Positions 1 through 11,014 of a DNA stretch of 57,272 bases are shown here, in pieces. Source of the DNA: Octopus sinensis (taxonomy: Eukaryota); assembly GCF_006345805.1 (NCBI RefSeq), contig NW_021833770.1, positions 1 through 57,272 of the forward strand, written 5' to 3'. Every line of letters begins with the position of its first letter. The stretch's first letter is position 1. Position numbers and translations under genes: made by a program. The notes under the pieces were generated by a model, which saw only the letters and a list, made by a program, of their open reading frames with translations, was not told the origin of the DNA and searched no databases.

Positions 1-399
1 CAAACACTTTCCTCTCTGGTCAATCTCTCAACATCTTCTTGTATCATCTCTTCAAGTATCACTTGAAAAAAAAAGTGAGAGCAGAGAGGCAAGTTTTGTC
101 TAGCGAATGTTTTAAGAAAGATGGGTGAATGTAGCAAGGATGGTACGTATGAATGACGAAGCATAATCCTATGAAACCGGAAATTTAAAACAGAGGGTTA
201 CTTGAAAACAAATGTGGTAAATAAGAAATTTTTAGGGAAATTAATAATGTGCGCGGGTTTAAGTGAAATGTTTGAAGTTACTCCTGGCAGTAAATTATGA
301 ACTTACATTTATCAGTAATTCCTTCAACAACAACAAACACAAAACACAAAACGTTGCAAAAGTAAATAAGAAATTTACAGAAGTGTACGGATTGAATTG

Positions 400-2282
400 G
401 AATTTATGAAGTTACAGCCTCCGGGAAAATCAGCAGAGAAAAGAAAGATTCCAGCATCTCACCTCAACCTTTTCTTACCAATGGCTTTAATGACTGCATC
501 GGCGATCCCTTTCTGCTCGTTGGTAAGGGTTGCAATGAGTGGGTGCTTCATGTCATCTTTCTGCTCAACCCGTTACATTCCAATTGGTTCAAGCAAGCTA
601 ATATTAAACCAGCTAATGCCATTTTCAATTAACACAGAATTTATGAAGTGTAGAGTCTGCATTCAGCCCTCGGTGAGCATAATCTTCCATCATAGAATTC
701 TTGTCAGTATTCCACAGGCGAAGAACATTGGAAGAACTTGAATAGGTGCAGAACACAGCAAACGTAATACGCAACTGAAATGGCATCCGATACGCAGCAG
801 CTTCAAGTATAGTATGCTCCAAACCCTCATCATTTTGGAGGAGACCAACTCATATGTACGCATCTTTAAATGTTGCATAGATTTCACCTCCTACAGTGCT
901 CACTTCTCAAAGCGCTCAGCACCTGGAACATCCAAAATAGCAATCGTAAATGAAATTTTTTTTACGTCCTTAGGACTCACTGTGTTCATTCTGCAGCCGA
1001 TGGTATTGATTTTTCTCCTGAGTGTTCATGGTTTTTGTACGTTCATTAAACACATAACGCATAGGAATGTTAGGGTACAAGTACTTCCGTTAATCGTGCT
1101 CATTCAGTTTGAACCATGCAGTGAGAGTATTGTCACGATCTCTCTGTTCTTGAGCAGGTTGCTAAGTGCTACCTCTGTGAAAGCTCAGTCTCCGCTGGTC
1201 TTCAAAGTGAACTGCTAAACTGTAGACAGTGTGGGACGAGTCATGCAGCTTCTACGTAGGCATTCTCCACATGGCTTCAGAAGGTGAAACATATCAACAC
1301 GCAAAATAATTTCTGATTTAGCCTGGGGTTGCTGAGTCTGTCCACCTTCTGCAACTGCATCATTCCTTACTTCAACTGAAGCGCTATCACGACCGTTTTA
1401 GACATACTTGCATATATACTTGACATTTTTACAGATGAGCAAACTTCAACGTTAATATGAGCTCGGAATTTCTTTAATAGGTAAGCATAGTATGGAACGA
1501 CATACCAGTTGTTAAAAGAATGGCATCCAACTTGTGATGTGATCCCTTTATTGTGCCTCCTGTACTCTGGATATCCATTAATATTTAGTAGTGTCTCATT
1601 TCTGTAGTTCTTGGGAAACTTTGTTTGGCAAGAGCCATTCCCCATGTATTGCGATGAGGGGTTATCAACACCAAAGGTCTAAGTCTCATGAATTTTTTAA
1701 AATTAAATCATGTAAGACGGGGTCATCATTTGAATCAGAAAATTCTGCTGTACCATTCTGTCTATATCATCTCTGATCTTCACTTTGTCTACGAGCATAT
1801 GGCAGTGTGGAAGTCCTCTCTTTTGAAACTCAATGACACGGACATGAGTTACTCTTACATCAAATACATGTCTGTCCACCATATCCTTCAGAAATCCAAT
1901 GATATATCGGTTTTCAAAAGTCTTATTTCGCTGCAGATTATTTTCTCTCTCATGGCAATTAGGGTTTTCAGGGTGCAGTTATTTCATTGCTAGGGGAAAA
2001 ATTGTAGCGCCTTATATATCCCGTTCTTTTGAAATGTATTTCACACTTTCGTAATTGTACATTTTCACGACTGGCACTCCAATCTCTTGTTGTTCAATTA
2101 AGTGCATGTTCCCATATAACTCAGCCAGGATTTACTTGTTGCACATGACACCCATTCTTTGAGAAGAGCTTTGGGAGTTCTGACTTGCTTCCACTCTTTG
2201 ATGCATTAATAATATACAACTGACTGTACTGCAGGCGACCATTGACAGTTCGTAGTGTTGTGCTAAGTTTGGCCCTGAATAC
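400..2282 (-). mobile_element. Helitron A, degenerate Rep domain plus start of PIF1-like helicase (left part, interrupted at 2282 by a gypsy element)
   Basis: Minus-strand peptides match Helitron RepHel: GYPEYRRH...VVPYYAYLLKKFRAHINVEVCSSVK (1367-1645), EAAAYRMPFQLRITFA...LW (625-822), LTNEQKGIADAVIKAI followed by a DFPGG Walker-A-like remnant near 410-530. Many stops and frameshifts. Confidence 0.85.
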
Positions 2283-2508
2283 GTTCTATATCCTGGTATT
2301 GGATATATAATTTAACGAAGCTGTTTACACGACGCAATACGATTACTATTACGTGAGACTCGACGCTCTCTGCCAACGGATCATAGGGAAATGCTTACCA
2401 ATCAATTGTTCACAATCAATTGCTTACGACTAGACAGTTCTCCATGTAATGGAAATGTGTCAGACCACTTTTAGTCACTTGGAAGGTTGTCAGAATCTTT
2501 CCACAGCA
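2283..2508 (-). repeat. 3' LTR of gypsy element
   Basis: Aligns by eye with 5921-6133 (tatatcctggtattgg/tataccctggtttgg, tgtttacacgacgc, aatgtgtcag, ttccacagca/ttccacaaca). Starts TG on the minus strand directly after the PPT. Confidence 0.85.
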
Positions 2509-2520
2509 TCTCCCCTTTAT
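2509..2520 (-). other. Polypurine tract of gypsy element
   Basis: Minus strand ATAAAGGGGAGA immediately precedes the TG start of the 3' LTR. Confidence 0.8.
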
Positions 2521-5500
2521 AGAATTAGTCTCCCCTAAATTCTCCACTTGAGAATTAAAGTCGCTCAGAGTTTTAATATCTCTTATGCTTAGGGCTCAAT
2601 TCTTGTGTTTCCATTCGTTTCGTTTTCTGGTGCTAGAACGTGTAATTACAAATTGTTTCTGTGTTGGTACCTCAAACGTGTCGTCCAATTTTTCATGAGA
2701 AATTCACTTCTTTTGTCTGATTTTTCCTTGAATCAGGTTTTAATTTGGTTAATAAGTCTTTTATGTTCGATATTTGTTTTACCTTTTACCAGGAATATCA
2801 TTCTTGCAATTTATTTAATAATTGTACCATCCTCCCAGCCTTCTTTACTATATCTATAGGTCTTTAAAAAACATTGTCACCTAACTTGAAGAATTTTGAA
2901 ATATTGTTCCTTTTTTTATATTTTCACTCGGTATCGGCTGATCAAAGATGGATCTGATCTTTCTGACAAAGATCGAATATCACTGTAACCAGAGATGTCG
3001 GCTTTCTATATTAATGCACTTCGACCACGTTGAAAAACACCCCCCACAATGAAGTGATATGAAACCTTAAGTGATTTTGGCCACGGGTGCCATTTCGTGA
3101 CGGGTGTATTTGGAGCTAGAGAACAGCGTATTGCATACTATCACTATATCTTCAACGTTACAGTCCGTTGTTGGCCAGTATACCTAACTTCTCATTAACG
3201 ATTTCATTATCGAAATCCCTTTGACTCAATATGAAATTCCTTTAGTAATTGCTTTTGTAGTGTGGCTGGCACTACGACTCTTTGTGCATACATCAGCACA
3301 TTGTCACACCTTGTGATAGGCTCGAATATTTTTCATCCCTTTCATCCTTCTGCATTTGTTTCATTTTGTAATGAATATATCGTTTCCCAATTGTAATTTT
3401 ATGTCCTTTAACGTAAATAGCAGTTCACGCATGGAGTTATACAGTTTGATTTTAATTTCATTTTCCGCTCGCAAATTAGCAATCACGGTATCTTCAAATG
3501 CTTCAGCATTTTCTGAAATCGGTCTTGATAAACAATTAGCGTGTCCTAATTTTTTAGATAGTATATACTCTATCTTAAATTCATAGTTTAATACTACAGT
3601 ACCCCAGCGTTGCAGCCTATTAGCAGTACGGCTAGATATTTATTTCTTTTACTCGTATACTGATAATAACGGACGATGATCTGTCTGTATTCAAAAACTT
3701 CTGCTGTGTAAAATCTATGAAATTTTTTACTGCAAAAATAATTAGAAGAGCCTCTTTTTTGATTTGGCTGTAATATTTTCTGCTGATATCATGAACCACC
3801 GCCTTCATGTTACCATATTTTTATTTGTGTAGCACTACTGCGCCGATACAGTATTCAGAGGCATCTGAAGTTACAAAATTCTCCACTACAGGATCGAAGC
3901 GTGCTAACAACAAATCAGATGTTAATATTTTAAAATTTCGTCGAATTCCTTTGACAATTTTCAGAGCAATTTCAATTGCCATTTTTTAAATACATAATCT
4001 ACTGTAACGCTTATCCTATGCATATTTAGAATATAATTTTGGTCATAATTTGCCTGTCTCCAAAGCAATCATGTAAGGTCGTTATACTTGTCGGAGGTGT
4101 CATGTATTTAATTGCCTCTGCCTTCAACGGATCTGGTCCTCGTCCATTTCTTTCAATTGTTTGTCTAATTTTACTTTGTTAAGAAGAAAATTCACGCTTT
4201 CTTTTTCAATGTAATCCCTAATTTTTCGAACATATATATTATGTGCTCTACATGTTGATCCCGTGATTCGCTTTTAATGAGTATATCATCCGGATATGAA
4301 AATGCAAATTCACTATCCGCTAACACTGCATCCATAAGATGTTGAAAAATCGCCGGCGTGACATAAGGGCAGACAGTAACCTGTTGTATATATATATGTG
4401 CGTTAATGTTTAGGTATTTATAGCATTCACGTCTACTCTAATATGTAGGTACGCGTCAGAGAGATCCAATTAAGAAAATATCTTGCCACCGTCTAATTTT
4501 GCAAATATATCCCCCAGGGTAGGTAGCGGATAGTGGAACGTTTTAAGTCACTCATTTAAACCAGTGGAAAAAATCAGCATACACTCTGATTTTGTTTATT
4601 TGTTTTTAACGATGCAAAAGCATATCTGTTCCAACGATGCAAAAGTTACAGTTCGTTTATATTTAAATACAGGTTTGGCATTTACTTTTACTTGGAACTT
4701 CGTTTTCGTTTTGATGCTGAGATCTAATTTATCAGAGAGAACTTCAGGAAAAATCTTTTAAATTTATTTTTACAAATCGTCCGACGATTCATTTGTATTG
4801 GCAAGAAAATCATTCACATTTTTACTGAAAAGATTTATGGGGAGTTCCCATAAGGTAAACAATTCTATTCAGTGTTCCGAATAAGTTTGGGATATTATTC
4901 AACACAAAATCTTTGGTTTCTAAGGTTTTTCCACGAAATGGAACGTGATTTATCATTACGCCATTAAAATGTAATTATTTTCCTGAAATACCACCTGCAA
5001 TTTTCGAAATGTCTTTTAATCTAGGTCTTCTTTCTTTTCTATGTATCTGTGTTAATTATCGAGATATCACTGCCCTTATCTAGTTGCAACTTTACGTACA
5101 CAAATTTCCCTTGAGGCTGTTCGTCTTTTGGTCTTCCAGGTTTGTTCTATAGTGTGATTGTTTTATGATCTCTCTTGCCCCATTTGACGCCTTTAATATT
5201 TTGAAACGGACAATTACATTTTAAATGTTGACCACCGCACCCACAACATGGATTTGATCTTCACATTTGTTTCTCTTATTTCTTATCCGTGACGGTGGAG
5301 ACACTGGAATATGAGAGCAATCTTTTTCTTCAATTTCGTTTTGTGCATCGTTTTTTTTTCTTCATTTCTTTTTCTGCGTCGTCTTCCCTGACATTCTTCT
5401 GCTTCTGTTTGAAGAGTTAATTTTCGTCCAGTTCTAAATCATTTGATAAAATGTTAATAGTTTTTATTGTAACAAATCTTACCTGACTCTTTCGGCAGAA

Positions 5501-5910
5501 TATAATTACTATATTTTTTGTATTCGGCAAGGGATACCTTTCTTACAAGTAGTCGTACTATATTTCCCCTCAGATCAATTTTTAAATTCTTCTTTGAGAA
5601 TTTCTTCGTATCTTCGAAAATATTCAGAGAAGGTAATCCCTTCCTCTGGATTATAACTGAATTCTTCAATAGAGATTGCTACGCTGTCTGGCAAGTTCAC
5701 ACCTGAAGTATTTTTTAGACTACTTTAACATTAATTCCAGCAACTATTGGTTTTGTTGTTGTTGCTGTTGTAGTTGCTCTTGTTGTTGTTACTATTGTTG
5801 TTGTTGCAACTGCACCACAGACGCAAATAAGCCTTCTATCTTAAACGAATATTCTTTGGTTTCATACCCATCCCAAACAAATTTAAACGTCCAACGCAAA
5901 CCTCGAAGAA

Positions 5911-5920
5911 ATCGTCGCCA
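5911..5920 (-). other. Primer-binding site of gypsy element
   Basis: Minus strand TGGCGACGAT immediately downstream of the 5' LTR; TGGCGAC is a typical gypsy PBS start. Confidence 0.75.
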
Positions 5921-6133
5921 CTTTTATACCCTGGTTTGGAACATATGATTTAAGGAATCAGGGGGAAAGAAAGTGTTTACACGACGCGAATCGATTACCC
6001 AACGCTCTCTGTCAATGGCACACAGTGAACTAATTACCAATTAATTGCTGAAGACTCGACAGTTGTCTATTTAATAGGAATGTGTCAGTTCCCGTTTAGT
6101 CAATTCGAAGGTGGTCGGAATCCTTCCACAACA
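5921..6133 (-). repeat. 5' LTR of gypsy element
   Basis: Homologous to 2283-2508; starts TGTTGTGGAAGG on the minus strand; followed by the PBS. Confidence 0.85.
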
Positions 6134-6900
6134 ATACAGAAACAATGTAGACCTCTTCCTTGCGGCACAGAGAGTTTCACACCAAAGGACGTAAAGGAAG
6201 ATATGCAGTTGTAATTGCTGATGTTTTTTTTCGAAATGAAGCAGACTCTTGGTAATTTTCTCAGACAAACGCTTCAATGTCTGAGTGTTTAGTTGCAGTG
6301 GAGGAAAATTCACTTTCTTATTGTGACAGTAAAATGAAGTTTTCATATTTAAACTTCAGTGCACCACAATACTCGCAATATAAAACATATCACCAATACG
6401 ACAGGTTCGTTTAGGATTATTGTGTCTGTTCAGTGGTAGTCCATGTCTTCCTTCACGCTTTCGTTGCACCTGTTCATCTCGCAAACGCAACGCCTGTTCA
6501 GCATTCATACTTGCAACTCCATCTTGATGTCTCTCTGTTTGACCTTGAAGACAAGCAGCCCTTTCCAAATCATCCATATTCTCCCTTCTCTGTTACATTA
6601 CGCTTTTCTGTTGGTCCTGATACTGCGGATGCTGCATTCATGTTTTCTTCATTCTCCGCTGAAATATCAATCTTTGTTGTTCCTTCTACTGTGTTTCTTC
6701 TTCCTCATCCTGTCTTCTACCTTGGTCTCGCTTCCTCTCTCACAACATTTGTGCCTTGCGTTGCTCTTCATCCATTGCAGATCGTCTCATCTGTTGGTAC
6801 AAGTTGTCCCTTTCTCTGGTTTCTTACCGCTGTTCTTCTCTTATTCGCTGCCTGTAGTGCCTAACCCTCTCGCGAGTAGCTTCTAATCTTCTTTAACTTT
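6134..6900 (-). mobile_element. Helitron A, N-terminal part of RepHel (right part)
   Basis: Helitron N-terminal-like peptides (CHNKKVNFPPL...; coiled, R/E/Q-rich 6356-6577). Joining across the gypsy insertion restores GRGLHCFC-IQGQT*H, the Helitron F-x-I-x-G-Q-x-Y-H motif. Confidence 0.75.
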
Positions 6901-7089
6901 CCATTCTTCAGTCAAGTTTTGTAATTTGCTTATTTCATAAGCACAGCTTTGGAAAAAGGATCAAATAACCTTAAATTGCGAATTTCTATCTCCCCCATAG
7001 CGGAAGCACAACCAACGGCGTCATATATGAGAAGCAGTAACAACATTAATCGGGATCTTGTAGAGATGTAATTTACAGTGTCCACCTTT

Positions 7090-7780
7090 ATTTTAAATGA
7101 AATATATATATTTTAATTATAATGTTTATATTTCTTAATTGTAATATATATATATATATATATAATATATATATATATATGCGTCGTACATATGACACTG
7201 TAAATAAGTGTGAATATTTATGAGCATGTGTTAAGTGATAGGGGATAAAAAATACTTAGTTCAATTCATAAGTTACTTTACATTATGCACTCATCATCAC
7301 CATTTCCACCACAACCACTACCACCAATACCACCAACTCTCACTCCCCCTTTCTCCCATTTTCTCAGTTTATCTACCTATCTGCCTTATTTTAATCTCAC
7401 CATCAGAACATCACCGCTCTGCTAAAATTATATTCGTAACCCTCCTCAATATCACGACCTTCAACTAACTTTTTCGTCACGTAATAAATATTACGTTCCC
7501 CCTACCACAATGTCCTCCCCCTCTTTTTCTCCCTCGGTTTTTTCTCTCTCCCCTTTTCTCCCTCTCCCTCTCTTTCTGCTCCACTTTTCGTCTTACTTTC
7601 GTTTTCTCATTCCTTTATCTTTCTCTTTGTCTCTCTTTCCATTCAACTAATGACGTGAAAGCATTACAGTCACTTCCTTCAAACTCAGGTCATGGACATT
7701 TCTCTTTTGCTCTTTTTCGTTCTCCCTCTTTTTCTCTAATCACGAGAAAGCGTTACCGACGGAGTAATTAACATAACGAC
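7090..7780 (+). repeat. Block A1 of old collinear duplication (homologous to 41055-41665)
   Basis: Shared strings: cgtacatatgacactgta, tcaccatcagaacatcacc, cgtaataaatattacgttccccct, ctctaatcacgagaaagcgttaccg. Confidence 0.85.
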
Positions 7781-7954
7781 AAACAGAATTATTATAAGAT
7801 CAGAAATATTATATTTAATTTGTCTTCATGACAGACTCCTTCGTTTCCTCCTTATTTTTTACATCATTCTTTACTTCAGCTCCTACATTTTCTGTCACTT
7901 CTCTTATTGTTGTTTTAACGTTGTTACTGTTGTTGTTGCTCATCATCGTTATCA

Positions 7955-8053
7955 TCATAATCAACATCATCATCTTCTTCTTCTTCTTCTTCTTCTTCTT
8001 CTTCTTCTTCTTTTTCTTCTTCTTCCTCTTCTCTTCTTCTTCTTCTTCTTCTT

Positions 8054-8102
<49 letters not shown>

Positions 8103-8125
8103 CACTACTACTGTTGTTGCTGCTG
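7955..8125. repeat. Compound microsatellite (TTC)n-(CTA)n-(GTT)n
   Basis: Directly visible trinucleotide runs. Confidence 0.95.
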
Positions 8126-8445
8126 CTTCATCGTTGTTTTCTTCTTCGGCCTATTCTTCATCATCAACTTTCTCTTATGTTAGTCATCTTCTTCATAATA
8201 AGATCTCGATATGTCATCCAATGTCATTTCCACAAACTAAATGTCTCTCTTATCTTCTTTATTTACCCTCATTCTTCTACAATTCATATTGTCTTGCAAT
8301 TTGTGTTTGCCTGTGTGTAAGAAAGTGGGAATATATGTGAGGGCTGGAAGTGAGTGTGTGCGTTCATACATCAGGGTTTGATAAGGTATATATAGGTGGA
8401 TGTATGTATGTACAAACACATACACACACATATATATATATATTG

Positions 8446-8927
8446 TTGTTGTATTTAGGAATGGTCATTTTGCCATTTTAGCCAATAAAAACACACGCAC
8501 TATATATTTGGTGTTACTTTGCTTCAGCGTTATTTATTTTTTACATTTAATTTAATCTTATTTCGACCAGAGTTCTTTCGAACCTATATAAACAGGAGAT
8601 ACAAATATTACAGGCTCTTCCCTCACACACACTAATTAAACATAGACACATATAGATGTATATCCATATGCGCTAATGAAGACACATACAATAAAATTAC
8701 AAAATACAAAATTGCTGACCTTTGGTAAGGAGAGGGACACAAATAAGAAAGAAGAAAGCAAAGGATCACTGATGAGGTCACTGGAGTGTGACGAAAGAAC
8801 TCTGGCCGAAAGAAGATTATGATTAATGTAAAAAATGAATAACGCTGAAGCAAAGTAACACCAAATATATAGTGCGTGTGTTTTTTATTGGCTAAACTGA
8901 CAAAATGACCATTCCTAATTACAACAA
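8446..8927. mobile_element. Small non-coding element with ~135-bp inverted arms (8446-8580 / 8792-8927); PLE pseudo-LTR-like or MITE-like
   Basis: ttgttgtatttaggaatggtcatttt...gagttctttcg is the reverse complement of cgaaagaactc...aaaatgaccattcctaattacaacaa, with a few mismatches. No clean TSD. Confidence 0.75.
8763..8807 (+). ncRNA. Candidate minimal type I hammerhead ribozyme
   Basis: ggatca-CTGATGA-g-GTCAC-tggagt-GTGAC-GAAA-g-aa-CTC-tggcc: intact core, 5-bp stem II, very short stem III, weak stem I. Confidence 0.5.
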
Positions 8928-9364
8928 ATATCTGTTTCAACACACGATTTCACATCAAAATTCTTGCAAAACAAATACATAAACGTGCATATAAATATAT
9001 ATATAATATATATATATATATGTTCGTGTTTGTTTGATGTGTGACTACAGTATTTGTATTTATATTCCTTTATTCCCACTTGTTCCCCATTCTGATATTC
9101 CACGTTATATTTCTTGTCTTAATATATCTTCTTTTCATGCATTTATCGTCTTCATCACAACGTTTTCTCTACATTCATCTGTTCTCATTTCTGGTTCTTG
9201 GTCTTATTCTGCTTTTAATCAACTGCTTTCTCCTCTCTTCGTGAATCATTTTCGTCTTCTTCTTCTACTTTTCTATATTATCCGTCTATGATTTATTTTC
9301 CTTCACCTTCTTCGTTATTCATATCAATTTCTAATTTTTCATCACATCTTTCGCAACATTATGG

Positions 9365-9587
9365 TCATCATCGTCATCATCGTCATCATCATCATCAGCA
9401 GCACCATCATCGTCATCATCGTCATCATCATCATCATCGTCATCATCATCATCATCATCATAATCATCTTCATCATCTTCATCATCATCATCATCATCGT
9501 CATCATCATCATCATTATCATCATACATCATCATCATCATCGTCATCATCGTCGTCGTCGTCATCGTCGTCGTCGTCATCGTCATCG

Positions 9588-9634
<47 letters not shown>

Positions 9635-9647
9635 GTAATCATCGTCG

Positions 9648-9683
<36 letters not shown>

Positions 9684-9690
9684 ATCATCT
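9365..9690. repeat. Long imperfect (CAT)n/(CGT)n microsatellite
   Basis: Directly visible; source of the poly-His/Asp/Met/Ser ORFs in the track. Confidence 0.95.
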
Positions 9691-9834
9691 TCAGCGCTAT
9701 CATATCATAGTCCTTCTGCTAATCATATTTTCGTATTCACTAATCGCTATAATTTATCTTGTCATCATAACTATTTCCTTCCCTCATTTACTCTGCTATT
9801 TCTAGCATGCAGAATCATCATCACCTTCGTTATG

Positions 9835-10005
9835 AACATCATAATAATCAACGTCGTCATCACCAATTAATCGGTAGCGTTTGTCATCGTTTTCGATAAT
9901 AATCATCACCATTTTACCTTCTCACCGTCATTATTACTACATTTACAATCAACATCGCAATCCTCCTCCTCATCATCATCATCAACATCTCGGCCATTTT
10001 CTTCA
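9835..10005 (+). repeat. Block A2 of old duplication (homologous to 45305-45485)
   Basis: Shared aatcaacgtcgtcatcaccaatt...tcaacatcgc...catcatcatcaacatc..tcggccattttct. Confidence 0.8.
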
Positions 10006-10935
10006 TCATCGTCCTCTTTTTATTAATATCATTCTAAAGATACAAGATTTAATATTTTATAAGAAATCTTTTTAATACTCATTCTTTTGAACTGTGTTTT
10101 ATGTTTCAGATATCTCAATAATAATAAGATCACAACCATCCAACAAGGATCCTTTCAAATCCTTCAAAGTTTAGTTGAAATGTAAGTTGCTTAAGTTTTT
10201 TGATATTTTACTTACGAAAATTTTCTCAGAACTTAATGTCTTCTCATCTTCCTTTTTCTCTCTCTATCTCTAACTAATGTTCTGCTACTATTTTCATGTA
10301 AGAGTATTATGAAGGTGTCTATGAGTGTTTGTGTCTCTATGTGTCTGCATAAATGTCTAACATTTTGTGTATGAGTGTACGATTGCACGTGGATATCTAT
10401 GTTTGCATTTGTGTCTATAGGTGGGTATATTATGAAATATATATTTATGCAGAGTTATACTCACTTCAAGAAAAGTAAGTATAGAAATATATTCATCCTC
10501 ACTCTTTTGAGATACTGATTCAATAATGAGTTATTTTAAACTCTACATTTACATGACGTGCTGAAGTTGGTAGTCGTCATTTTCTATTTGTACAGCGAGC
10601 TACAGCTGGGGCAATTTGGCCAAACTGTGCAGTGTGATGGCTGCATATTCCGTTTCAATTTCTTTAGGAAGGATGTTAATGTAGCTAGTCGTCCACAACA
10701 TAAAACAACGTTTGGTGTGTCCCTCGTACGTTTGTGTCTGTGTGTATGTCTGATAATTTTACTTATGTTGATATATTTTTATTATCATTTCTATCCTCAT
10801 TCCCAAATTTTCTTGTTATTGTTTTGCTTGTCCATCTTGTCTGTTTTTTTGCTACTCATATTACTTTTTCTTTATCACCGACTTCTTCGTTGTTATTGTT
10901 GTTGTTGTTGTTGTTTTCCTTCGTCTTCTTCTTCA

Positions 10936-10958
10936 TATTATTATTATTTTTATTATTA

Positions 10959-10994
<36 letters not shown>

Positions 10995-11014
10995 TTATTA
11001 TTATTATTATTATT
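10936..11014. repeat. (TTA)n array at 3' flank of Dong/R4 element
   Basis: Directly visible. Confidence 0.95.

Larger units (their letters stand above)
2283..6133 (-). mobile_element. Ty3/gypsy LTR retrotransposon, degenerate
   Basis: Diverged LTR pair; PBS and PPT; ATAC duplicated at 2279-2282 and 6134-6137. Minus-strand motifs: CCGCGGQHLKCNC knuckle (~5205-5250), protease LQLDKGSDISII (~5055-5100), RT LDLSDAYLHI and YPDDILI (~4260-4500), RNase H DLLLARFDPVVENFVTSDASEYCIGAVVLH (~3830-3920), TDHRPLLS and TANRLQRWGTVVLNY (~3590-3690). Confidence 0.9.

Noticed and set aside
7815-9870. Poly-His/Asp/Met/Ser/Lys ORFs in the track
   Set aside because: Translations of (CAT)n, (TTC)n and (CTA)n microsatellites; open on several frames and both strands, with no splice or domain support.
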